The translations under genes and the position numbers were made by a program. From assembly GCA_049521375.1 (NCBI GenBank), contig JBEKOW010000001.1, positions 2,850 through 66,849 on the forward strand: a DNA stretch of 64,000 nucleotides, in the 5' to 3' direction. Source of the stretch: Terriglobales bacterium (lineage in GTDB: Bacteria > Acidobacteriota > Terriglobia > Terriglobales > Acidobacteriaceae). The notes under the pieces were generated by a model, which was given only the letters and a program-made list of their open reading frames with translations, was not told the origin of the DNA and searched no databases. Within the stretch, counting starts at the first letter, position 1; the number at the start of each line of letters is the position of its first letter. Positions 7,906-16,233 of this stretch are shown here, one piece after another.

Positions 7906-9852
7906 TCAGTTCCTTCCTTTCTCGCGGTAATCAATCACTGTACGGATCTCGGCCCCGAACTTTTCCTGCATTCGCTTCACTACCGGATCCTGCTCAGCGC
8001 GGCTGCGCGCGCTTCCATTGGGAGCACTCCCATTGGCCGACTTTCCGTTCGATGCCCCGTGCCGCGCGGAGGATCCCGACTGTGACGTTTCCAGGTCCAC
8101 TCCTCCGGTAATGACTTGCACTCTGATGGGCCTGCCAGCCTGCCCGCTCGCGGATGCCATCGCAATGCGGCGCGCCTCGGCAGTGAATGACATCTCTATC
8201 ATCGTGTTCGACGCCGCCACCTTCGCGGTCAGCGTGTTTCCGTCGAGCGACCACTGCGCCCGTTCCAGCAGGGAAGCGAGCATGGGCTGATTGGCCAACG
8301 CTGACAGCACCGTGTCGCGGAGAGAGTCCGCGCCGGCCGGAGATGCCGCCAGCACCGTTACCGCGCCGCCAGGTCGATGCGCCGTGGGTTCGGAGCTGGC
8401 GCGTTCCGGCTCGGATGGTTCTTCGGCAGCAGGTTCAGGACGTGGGTGCGGAACGATTTCTGCTACCGCCGGTGCCGCCGATCCCATAATGACCACGTTG
8501 GCGTTGGTCCCGCCGGACAAATGCGTGGCGCGGGCGCCCCCGCCCGCGAATGCCGCCGCATCGCCGGAAGAGTCCGCTCGGGGAGTGCCCTTGCGCGCCG
8601 AGTCCGCCGCAAATGGCGACACGGAAGCGGAGCGCACCTGGGTTGTTGGTTCGGTGCTGCGACGAGGTTCTGTGGGCGCGGAAATGTTCCGGACCACGGC
8701 CGGCCTCGACGATCCAGAACTCGCCGCCTCGCTGAGCAATTGCTCGATCGGCAAGAGGCGCTGCGCATGCGCCATCTTTAACAGTCCGAGTTCGAGATGG
8801 AAGCGCTGCTCCTGCCGGTATCCAAGCTCGCCATGCGTACGCAGCATGATCTGCAGATGGCGGGCCAACTCTTCTTCTGTGAACAATCCCGCGATGCGGC
8901 CCACACGCGCCCGCTCGTCGGACGAAACCTGCAGCAGAGGAGAATCCTGCCCCGCGATCTTGGCTACCGTCACATTACGCAGGAAGCGCACCAGTTGGCG
9001 CGCAAAGTGTGTGGGACTGTGGCCTTCGCCCAGCAGTTCGTCGATCAGCACCAGAATCTTGTCACTCGCGCTCTCGGCAACGGCTTGCATCACCGTTTCG
9101 AGCGCACCCGCGGACGCCGATCCGATCAGGCTTCTCACCGAGTCGAGCGTCAGATGCTGGGAGGTGGACGCAATCGCCTGATCGAGAATCGACAGCGCGT
9201 CCCGCATCGAGCCATCGCCCGCTTCGGCGAGCAGCGCCAGCGCATCATCGTCGGCCGCGATCTGCTCTTGCGCGGAGATGTCACGCAGTTGCTGCAGGAT
9301 ATCCTCAAACTTGACCGCCCGGAAGCTGAAGTGCTGGCAGCGCGAACGAATCGTCTGCGGAATATCCTCGGGCTGCGTCGTCGCCATCATGAAAATGATG
9401 TGGCTGGGAGGCTCCTCCAGAGTCTTGAGCAGGGCATTGAAGGCCGCATCGGTGATCTGGTGCGCTTCGTCGAGAATGTAGATCTTGAAGCGGTCGCGTG
9501 CTGGGCGGTAGCGGGCCGCGTCGCGCAGTTCGCGGATCTCGTCGATCCCGCGGTTGGTGGCGGCGTCGATTTCGATCACGTCGACCGCGTTGCCCGCGCG
9601 AATTTCGGTGCAGGACTCGCACACTCCGCAAGGTTCAGCCGCCGGCTTCGATCCCGACCGGCAGTTCAGAGCCATGGCCAGGATGCGGGCGACGGTCGTC
9701 TTTCCGATTCCCCGATGCCCGCTGAAGATGTAGCCGTGGGCGATGCGCTCCTGCGCAATCGCATTTTGCAGGGTGCGCGTGACGTGTTCCTGGCCGATAA
9801 CGTCGGAGAATTTCTGCGGACGATATTTGCGCGCCAGGACTTGATAGCTCAT
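7906..9852 (-). CDS. dnaX: DNA polymerase III subunit gamma/tau
   Basis: Walker A 'GHRGIGKTT', zinc module 'CRSGSKPAAEPCGVCESC', 'IYILDEAH' and sensor 'SRCQHF' are present, followed by a long low-complexity tau linker. Confidence 0.95.
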   Translation of the reverse strand: MSYQVLARKYRPQKFSDVIGQEHVTRTLQNAIAQERIAHGYIFSGHRGIGKTTVARILAMALNCRSGSKPAAEPCGVCESCTEIRAGNAVDVIEIDAATNRGIDEIRELRDAARYRPARDRFKIYILDEAHQITDAAFNALLKTLEEPPSHIIFMMATTQPEDIPQTIRSRCQHFSFRAVKFEDILQQLRDISAQEQIAADDDALALLAEAGDGSMRDALSILDQAIASTSQHLTLDSVRSLIGSASAGALETVMQAVAESASDKILVLIDELLGEGHSPTHFARQLVRFLRNVTVAKIAGQDSPLLQVSSDERARVGRIAGLFTEEELARHLQIMLRTHGELGYRQEQRFHLELGLLKMAHAQRLLPIEQLLSEAASSGSSRPAVVRNISAPTEPRRSTEPTTQVRSASVSPFAADSARKGTPRADSSGDAAAFAGGGARATHLSGGTNANVVIMGSAAPAVAEIVPHPRPEPAAEEPSEPERASSEPTAHRPGGAVTVLAASPAGADSLRDTVLSALANQPMLASLLERAQWSLDGNTLTAKVAASNTMIEMSFTAEARRIAMASASGQAGRPIRVQVITGGVDLETSQSGSSARHGASNGKSANGSAPNGSARSRAEQDPVVKRMQEKFGAEIRTVIDYREKGRN

Positions 9853-10066
9853 CGGAATTTCTGATTATACAAGCTGAGAGGAAAGGCAGCTTCGAGCCAC
9901 GAGCTTCGCGCTGCGCGCCGCGAACTTCCATCTCGCGCGGCCCAAGTTATTTTTCACGATGTGGATGATGCTTGCGCCCATGCGCTCGCCGGGGTAGGCT
10001 TCTGCTTTGATTTTCGCGGCCTTTTTCCGCGAGCATTCTGATCACAATCACGGAGGACGAGCGGTC

Positions 10067-10411
10067 ATGCAACTCAGAATGAGCACGCGCACCTTGGCGG
10101 GCGCGCTGGTAGTGGACTGCAGCGGACGGCTCGTCTTCGGCGAAGAGTCGGCAAGCCTGCGAGACATGGTGAAGAAGGCAGTCGTCCAGAACCCCAGCAT
10201 CGTGCTGAACCTGCACGAAGTCACCTACATCGATAGCGGCGGGCTGGGAACGCTGGTCTCGCTCTATACCACGGCGCGCAATGCCGGCGGCGCGGTCAAG
10301 TTGGCGCGCCTGAGCCAGCGCCTGAGCGATCTGCTGTCGGTGACCAAGCTGCTCACCGTGTTTGAAGTGTTCGATGATGAAGAGAAGGCCGCGAAGTCGT
10401 ACGGAAAATAA
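10067..10411 (+). CDS. STAS-domain anti-sigma-factor antagonist
   Basis: 114 aa from the ATG at 10067, preceded by GGAGGA. 'VTYIDSGGLGTLVSLY' holds the SpoIIAA-type phosphorylatable-Ser region, and 'LSDLLSVTKLLTVFEVFDDEE' is a typical C-terminus. Confidence 0.75.
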   Translation: MQLRMSTRTLAGALVVDCSGRLVFGEESASLRDMVKKAVVQNPSIVLNLHEVTYIDSGGLGTLVSLYTTARNAGGAVKLARLSQRLSDLLSVTKLLTVFEVFDDEEKAAKSYGK

Positions 10412-10477
10412 GCGCCGTAGACATCTTCGCCTGCTAAGCGTCCCCGGTAAGTCCGCGACCCGGTTTAGCGCACCGTA

Positions 10478-11245
10478 TCATTTCACATCCGTCAGCAGCC
10501 AGGGCTGGGTGTAGAACGTAAAGCCGTCCTGCACATCGGTCAGGACAAGCGTGTAGATCCCGCTCGACTCGTTGTAGCTCGATGGGAAAAAAAGCGGAGT
10601 GCCCGCGGAGGTTGTTACATACACAAAGTATTGTCCCCCAGGCAGGGTTGCGTACTCGGTCGGCGTCTGGCTCGGCTGGCCGTAAGCAACCCCGGTAAAG
10701 GTGGGCGTGGCGCCCGAAATGCTCATCGTGGGAACGATGTAGATGTTCACGGGTCCCGGCAGGCTGGGCGCGGCATTGATCACGCGAAATTCAATATCGC
10801 CCGATGACGGCAAGGTATTGGTGTCCGGGAAAGCCTGCGCAACCCAAGGTGTCAGGCCTGACTGCGAATTTCCCATCAAAACCACAGTGTATTGATTGCC
10901 GCCGCTCAGGTTGACCGTGCTCTTCACCAGGGGATCTGCACCCGACGTGGTGGCCGTCCCGACCTGGTAAACAGCGATCCCCTCGCCACCTGAGGATATG
11001 CCTGTGTATCCGGTGGATGGCTGGGCAGAGCCGAACCCCAAGCCGGAGGCCCCAGTCACCAGTCCTCCATTCACCGTTACGTCAAAGTTAAAGGTGGCGT
11101 TGGGATTCGACATGGCATTGAATAGCCGGTACTGGGTGTTGTTCGAACCACAACTGGCCAGGAAAATACTCAGAATAATGAAAGACCCGATCGCCAGGGC
11201 AAGGGACATCGTTTTCAACCAACGGGACATGCGCATTCTCTCCAC
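10478..11245 (-). CDS. Lipoprotein, DUF4397-like
   Basis: The signal peptide has the lipobox 'FLASC'. Beta-rich repeats including 'EFRVINAAPSLPGPVNIYIV' resemble DUF4397 as I remember it. Confidence 0.5.
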   Translation of the reverse strand: MERMRMSRWLKTMSLALAIGSFIILSIFLASCGSNNTQYRLFNAMSNPNATFNFDVTVNGGLVTGASGLGFGSAQPSTGYTGISSGGEGIAVYQVGTATTSGADPLVKSTVNLSGGNQYTVVLMGNSQSGLTPWVAQAFPDTNTLPSSGDIEFRVINAAPSLPGPVNIYIVPTMSISGATPTFTGVAYGQPSQTPTEYATLPGGQYFVYVTTSAGTPLFFPSSYNESSGIYTLVLTDVQDGFTFYTQPWLLTDVK

Positions 11246-11455
11246 GGAACCTGAGTTTCCACCAATATGTTTGCTGTCGAAGTTTTGCGATGCGAGTATG
11301 CTAAGGCCTCATGCCGCAGCCTTGTGTAAATTTTTGTATGGCTGATTAGGTTAACACGGCCAATTTATCATGCCTCTTGTTAAGATGCGGGAACCGGTTG
11401 ACACGCGATTCTCGCATAGTTAGCGCCTGGGCTTCCGATCCGTTCTCGAAAGAAA

Positions 11456-11809
11456 ATGCCGGCAACAACAACAACGGGGAAGACGCGCTCGCGAAACAAG
11501 ATCAGGGAAACCGCGTCGGCCAACCAGCGCGCTCGCGTCCTACGTGTGATCCGGGCCTTGCCCAAGGGAAAAGTTTCCAGCTACGGCGCGATTGCCAGTG
11601 CGGCAGGCTGGCCGGGAGCCGCGCGCCAGGTCGTCCGCCTGCTGCGACAGTCCGCGGGATTGCCATGGCACCGCGTGGTCGGCGCGGGCGGCGCCATCAA
11701 ACTGCCCGGAGAAAGCGGAGCCGAACAGAGATTCCGCTTGCGCATGGAAGGCGTGACATTTCGCGGAGCGCGCGTGGATATGAAGCTCCACGAACATAAA
11801 TTTCGGTGA
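11456..11809 (+). CDS. Alkyltransferase-like (ATL) protein: MGMT DNA-binding domain without the acceptor Cys
   Basis: 'VSSYGAIA...GWPGAARQV' followed by 'LPWHRVV'. The PCHRV active-site Cys is a Trp (codon TGG at 11666-11668). Confidence 0.7.
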   Translation: MPATTTTGKTRSRNKIRETASANQRARVLRVIRALPKGKVSSYGAIASAAGWPGAARQVVRLLRQSAGLPWHRVVGAGGAIKLPGESGAEQRFRLRMEGVTFRGARVDMKLHEHKFR

Positions 11810-11875
11810 AAGTTCCCAGCCATCAGTTTGAGAACCAATTCGTTTGACCGAGAACTGACAGCTGAGAGTTGAGAG

Positions 11876-12739
11876 CTACGCCGGCAGCTTTCCTTCCAGC
11901 AGTTGGTGCAACCGATCCGCCGGACAGCGCAGGCCGACGAAGAAAGTCCCGAACAAGGCGTACACGGCGCTGACCTGATCGAATCGCATCTCGTAGATCA
12001 GCTTCTTGAAGACCAGCGGGTCGTCGGCAAAAAGGTCGACGCCCCATTCCCAGTCGTCGAAGCCGATCGAGCCGCTGATGATCTGTTTCACTTCGCCGGC
12101 GTAGCGGCGTCCTACCATTCCATGTTCGTTCATCTGGCGCTGGCGCTCTTCCATGGGAAGCGTGTACCAGTTCTTGTCTTCTCCGCGCAGCCGGTTCATC
12201 GGATAAAAACAGATATAGCGGTTGGGAGGGATGGTCGGAAACAAGCGAGGCTTCATTGCTTCCTGCTGGCGCGCCATCGTCTCCTGAATCGCTTTTTTCC
12301 ATTCCTCGGAAAAAGGCTCCACGCCCGCCTCAGCCAGAGCCTTGTACGTTTTCAGGCTGGACTCGTAGAGTCCCAGCTCAATCACCGACAGGTACGAAGT
12401 GGTGGGCTCCAGAAAATCGCTGAGCTGAAGGCGCGCTATTTCCAGTTCCGCCTGGTTGAGCTGGTCGAAGCTTTCGCGGAAGTGGACGAACATCAGGTCG
12501 CCCTTGTGCCCGAGCATCGAGAACAACGCCGACTGGCCATTGGGACGGTTCTCCATTGGGGCGAGCAGCGCGGAAGCTTCGCCCGCAATCTCTCGGCGAT
12601 GGCCTTCAGCGAGCGCGCGCCACGCGCTCCAGCGGAACCGCATCATCTGGTGCAAGGTGGCGTAGCCTTCGAGCGTTAGCGGGACGGCAGGTAGTTGTCC
12701 GGCTTCCACCGGGGCGGTGACAGGATGCGCAGGATTCAT
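11876..12739 (-). CDS. hemQ: Chlorite-dismutase-family protein, probable coproheme decarboxylase (HemQ/ChdC)
   Basis: Family-typical blocks are present: 'ICFYPMNRLRGEDKNWYTLPMEERQRQMNEHG', 'GSIGFDDWEWGVDLFADDP' and 'KLIYEMRFDQVSA'. Confidence 0.7.
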   Translation of the reverse strand: MNPAHPVTAPVEAGQLPAVPLTLEGYATLHQMMRFRWSAWRALAEGHRREIAGEASALLAPMENRPNGQSALFSMLGHKGDLMFVHFRESFDQLNQAELEIARLQLSDFLEPTTSYLSVIELGLYESSLKTYKALAEAGVEPFSEEWKKAIQETMARQQEAMKPRLFPTIPPNRYICFYPMNRLRGEDKNWYTLPMEERQRQMNEHGMVGRRYAGEVKQIISGSIGFDDWEWGVDLFADDPLVFKKLIYEMRFDQVSAVYALFGTFFVGLRCPADRLHQLLEGKLPA

Positions 12740-12826
12740 GGATTCACCCTGAACGCTATTGTAATCATTTCATCTGGTGATCGGGTCATCGGGTGATCCG
12801 GTGATCTGAAGTCAAAGACTCTCGAC

Positions 12827-13930
12827 TTGATGTTGACTTCGATCGCCCGATCGCCGATGGTCCGATCCGCGCCAGTATCTCGCCCGCCATGGGACTCGGA
12901 TTGCCGCGACCCACGCCAGTATGCTACAAGCAGCTATATGCGCAAATGGATGAGCGACCGCTTGAAGCGTCGCAAGAAGGGTGGCGAGGCGGGTTCCACG
13001 GAAAAAGCTGCCGCGCCGGAACCTTTACAGCCCAAGTATTACGAAAACGATCCCGGCGAGGAGCCGCAACTCGCTGTGGTGGAATCGCCGCGCCCCGCCG
13101 AGCCCGAGACGCAGGCGGACTTTCAGCTTGACTCCGGGGGGCATTCGGACTCGGTGCCATTAAAGTTGTGGCCAAGGGGTTCCCATGGCGAATCGGAACC
13201 CGCTGCCGTGGCGCCGTCCGGTGATGCCAGAACGCGGCCCGCCCGGCGCCGTCGAAAGCGCGGAGGCCGCGGTGGAACTCGCCGTTCCCCCGGGGAAGTA
13301 GCGTCCGCAGGCCCGGAAGAGATTGCGGTCCCAGTGAGCCCGCTTACGCCGGAATCGGCTTCTGACGAGCCAATGCCAGTCGCGTCCGAGGTGGTCGCGG
13401 AAGCTGCGCCCGTGCCCGCAACGCCAATGCACGCCTCGCACGCCGCGGCAGCCCGGCCCAGCAAGGGCACGGTGGTCCTCGCTATCGGACTGCCCGGCTC
13501 CGGCAAGAGCTCATGGTTCAAGCGGCATAACATCCATCCGCTTTCGAGCGACTTGCTGCGCGAGCTTCTTTTCGACGACGCGCAGGAGCAGCGCTTTCAG
13601 GATCTGGTGTTTTCCAATCTGCGCTCGATGCTCAAGGCAAGGCTGATTGCGCGCCGTCCCATGAATTACGTGGACGCAACCAACCTGACTCCGCATGATC
13701 GCCATAGCTGGATCAAGCTGGCCAAGGATTACGGCTACGACGTGCAGGGACTGTTTTTCGACGTTCCGCTGGAAATCTGCCTCGAGCGCCATCAACGCCG
13801 GGGCCGCGTCGTCCCCGAAGACATCATGCGCAAGATGGCGGGCAAGTTGAAACCGCCCACCTTCGAAGAAGGCTTTTCGAAAATCACGGTAGTGCGCGTG
13901 AAGCACAAAGATGCCGCCGCAGGTTCGTGA
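12827..13930 (+). CDS. P-loop kinase (AAA_33 / polynucleotide-kinase-like) with a long disordered N-terminal region
   Basis: The C-terminal ~150 aa carry Walker A 'GLPGSGKSS', 'YVDATNL' and 'FFDVPLEICLERHQRRGR'. The N-terminal ~200 aa are rich in Pro, Ala, Glu and Arg. The start is uncertain, with an alternative ATG at 12938. Confidence 0.6.
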   Translation: MMLTSIARSPMVRSAPVSRPPWDSDCRDPRQYATSSYMRKWMSDRLKRRKKGGEAGSTEKAAAPEPLQPKYYENDPGEEPQLAVVESPRPAEPETQADFQLDSGGHSDSVPLKLWPRGSHGESEPAAVAPSGDARTRPARRRRKRGGRGGTRRSPGEVASAGPEEIAVPVSPLTPESASDEPMPVASEVVAEAAPVPATPMHASHAAAARPSKGTVVLAIGLPGSGKSSWFKRHNIHPLSSDLLRELLFDDAQEQRFQDLVFSNLRSMLKARLIARRPMNYVDATNLTPHDRHSWIKLAKDYGYDVQGLFFDVPLEICLERHQRRGRVVPEDIMRKMAGKLKPPTFEEGFSKITVVRVKHKDAAAGS

Positions 13931-14030
13931 GGCGAGCCGCGAGTTTCGAGTCTTGAGCCGCGAGCGATCATCCAGGCGTTGGGTGCTCGAGACTCGTAAC
14001 TCTAGACTCGTAACTGGTAAGACTCGCACC
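13931..14030. repeat. Word-repeat hairpin between convergent genes (probable bidirectional terminator)
   Basis: GAGTTTCGAGTCTTGAG (left) matches the reverse complement of CTCGAGACTCGTAACTC (right) at 15 of 17 positions. The right arm is a tandem of GACTCGTAACT units. Confidence 0.55.
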
Positions 14031-14639
14031 TCATCCCTTCAGATACGGCAGCAACTCCTTGAATGCTGGCGCACCCGACGAGCGCAGCAATTCGTAAATG
14101 ATCATTTCGGTCGAGGACAGGATAGCTCCGGCGGCCCGCATGCGCTCCAGTCCGATGCGCCAGTTCAATTCAGTCCGCGAGGCCACCGCGTCCGATGCCA
14201 CATGTACCAGGTAGCCTTCCCGCAACGCTCCGAGCGCGGTCTGCATCACGCAGATGTGCGTCTCCATCCCGCACAGAAGCACCGTGGTGCGCTGGCCCGG
14301 CAGCCGCTTCAGCAAGCTACAGAACACATCGCTGCCAAAGCAGGAGAACATCAGCTTGTCAACCGTCGGAGTGTCGGGCAGCAGCGACGCCACCTCCGGC
14401 ACCGTGTTGCCCAGACCTTTGTTGTACTGCGTCGTTACCAGCGCAGGAATTTTTAGAATGCCAGCCAGACGAATCAGGATCTGCGCATTGCGCACCAGGC
14501 GCTCTTTCTCCCAGATCGGCGGCAGCAGTTTTTCCTGGATATCGACTACGATCAACGCGCATTGTTCCGGTTCAAGGGCGCGGCGGGCCATTTCGGCGGA
14601 ATCCGCGGGTGCTGTCAAATTCTCAAAACTGGTGTCCAT
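14031..14639 (-). CDS. Isochorismatase-family cysteine hydrolase
   Basis: 'ALIVVDIQEKL' carries the catalytic Asp and 'TVLLCGMETHICVMQTA' the catalytic Cys. The start was set at the ATG at 14637-14639. Confidence 0.8.
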   Translation of the reverse strand: MDTSFENLTAPADSAEMARRALEPEQCALIVVDIQEKLLPPIWEKERLVRNAQILIRLAGILKIPALVTTQYNKGLGNTVPEVASLLPDTPTVDKLMFSCFGSDVFCSLLKRLPGQRTTVLLCGMETHICVMQTALGALREGYLVHVASDAVASRTELNWRIGLERMRAAGAILSSTEMIIYELLRSSGAPAFKELLPYLKG

Positions 14640-14837
14640 AAGTTTCCTTCGCGAGAGCGGTGGCTGCAGCCGGCTCCGGTGCAAAACTACTGCGGAGGAT
14701 TTTATCGTGAGAGAGGACGGAAATCGGGTTCCTGTTTACTTTTGTACTCGCGCGACACCCGCGTTTATGTTGACCGCGCTTTGCGTTAAACCATAGAATT
14801 AAATTGTGCCGGTGCAAGCCGGCTCGAAACTGCAAGT

Positions 14838-14912
14838 TGCCCCCTCGTTCAACGGCTAGGACACCTGCCTCTGGAGCAGGCTATCGGGGTTCGAATCCCT
14901 GGGGGGCAGCCA
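14838..14912 (+). tRNA. tRNA-Gln (anticodon CUG)
   Basis: Cloverleaf folded by hand. Acceptor TGCCCCC/GGGGGCA with the U1:A72 pair typical of bacterial tRNA-Gln, and D stem GTTC/GGAC. Anticodon stem CCTGC/GCAGG with loop CT-CTG-GA. T arm CGGGG-TTCGAAT-CCCTG, discriminator G, encoded CCA. Confidence 0.9.
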
Positions 14913-15036
14913 AAACTCCACGCCCGAACGCCCCTGCTTTGCGCTCCTCATCATTTGACACCTTTCGGTTTGACACCTATCCATGACCGGCCTATACTGC
15001 CCGTCCAGCGCCACCTTCCCTCGCGGAGAGACTCCC

Positions 15037-16125
15037 ATGATGAAACGCTGCCTCACTGTTTTTTCTGTTGTCGCATTCGTTCTCGTTCTCGCCAACTTGA
15101 GCCTTGCGCAAACCTATTCCCCGAAGTTAACCCTGCAAAACAGCGGAACCACAGAATTACTGATCACGGTCAGCCCGGTGAACGCTAACGTCGTCTGGGC
15201 GGCTGGAACCCATGGCACCTTTCTGGTCACCACCGACGGCGGCAAGACCTGGCGTTCCGGCCAGGTGAAGGGCGCGGAATGGCTCCAGTTTCGCGGCGTG
15301 CGCGCCGTAAGCGCTACCACGGCATATCTGCTCTCGATCGGAAATTTCCCCTCCGATTTTCGCATCTACAAGACCGAAGACGGTGGCGCGACCTGGAGCA
15401 AGCAATTCCAGAACGAGCTAACGGGCGCGTTCTATGACTGCTTTGCCTTCTGGACGCCCAAGCGCGGCCTTGCCCACAGCGACTCGGTCAACGGAGTGTT
15501 CCCGGAACTGCGCACCGAAGACGGCACAACGTGGCAGAGCATCGCGCAGAATATGCCGCCGGCGCTGCCCGGAGAATTTTCGTTTTCCTCGAGCGACACT
15601 TGCGTGGCGACGCAGGGCGAGGACAACGCCTGGATCGCGACTGGCGGCTCCTCGATTGCGCGAATTCTAGCCACTACGGATGGCGGCAACACCTGGAATG
15701 CCTATGGAACTCCGATTATCAGTTCGCCCAGCGCCGGCGCCTTTACAGTAGATTTTCGCGACGCGCTGAATGGAATCGTTGGCGGCGGCGACCTCGACCC
15801 AACCGACCCGGATAACGCGCGCACCGCAACTTCCAGCGATGGTGGCCACACCTGGACCCTCACCAACGCGCCTCCCGTAACCGGCGCCATCTTTGGCCTG
15901 AGCTACGTGCGCCAGATTGGAAACTGCACGGGAAAGGTATGCGAGGCAGTCAACCGCTACGTCGTCGTTACGGCCAATACTGGCGGAGCGGCGTGGACTC
16001 CCGATGAAGGTACCACCTGGTATGTGCTGCCGGGCGTGTCGGGCGAGTGGGCGGTAGCATTTGCGACTCCGACCGCAGGTTGGCTGGTAGGCGGGGGCGG
16101 GACCATCTGGAAGATTGGCTTTTAA
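15037..16125 (+). CDS. Secreted BNR/Asp-box repeat beta-propeller protein (Ycf48/sortilin-like)
   Basis: A signal peptide follows the ATG at 15037. There are five Asp-box repeats: 'TTDGGKTW', 'TEDGGATW', 'TTDGGNTW', 'SSDGGHTW' and 'TPDEGTTW'. Confidence 0.65.
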   Translation: MMKRCLTVFSVVAFVLVLANLSLAQTYSPKLTLQNSGTTELLITVSPVNANVVWAAGTHGTFLVTTDGGKTWRSGQVKGAEWLQFRGVRAVSATTAYLLSIGNFPSDFRIYKTEDGGATWSKQFQNELTGAFYDCFAFWTPKRGLAHSDSVNGVFPELRTEDGTTWQSIAQNMPPALPGEFSFSSSDTCVATQGEDNAWIATGGSSIARILATTDGGNTWNAYGTPIISSPSAGAFTVDFRDALNGIVGGGDLDPTDPDNARTATSSDGGHTWTLTNAPPVTGAIFGLSYVRQIGNCTGKVCEAVNRYVVVTANTGGAAWTPDEGTTWYVLPGVSGEWAVAFATPTAGWLVGGGGTIWKIGF

Positions 16126-16233
16126 TCTCTACCCCTACCAAAAAGTAAAACGGCGCCGTCGCAATTCGATCGGGAGTCTAATTGTCCTGAACGGCTGCGA
16201 GCGGCGCCCCTTCTTTTTCTTCGGCGTCGCCTC

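Noticed and set aside
7378-8085. Short ORFs giving 'NYKLQITN / YQITKS'-type peptides
   Set aside because: They are translations of the TTTGTAATT-word palindromic repeats. The same words read in both orientations and in several frames, so this is repeat DNA and not coding sequence.
7906-9852. Programmed -1 frameshift site in dnaX (A AAA AAG-type slippery heptamer)
   Set aside because: I saw no A-rich slippery heptamer (CTTTTTT on the plus strand) within the gene, so there is no evidence for a gamma-subunit frameshift.
8291-9864. Long plus-strand ORFs (8291..9181, 8797..9864 and others) inside dnaX
   Set aside because: They are antisense to, or out of frame with, an unambiguous dnaX gene. Their translations are Arg/Ala/Gly/Pro-rich nonsense, typical of stop-poor frames in GC-rich DNA.
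9853-10066. SRP (4.5S) RNA gene, which often sits next to dnaX
   Set aside because: No GGAAGCAGC / GNAR domain-IV signature was found here or in 6401-6763 on either strand. The ffs gene is presumably elsewhere.
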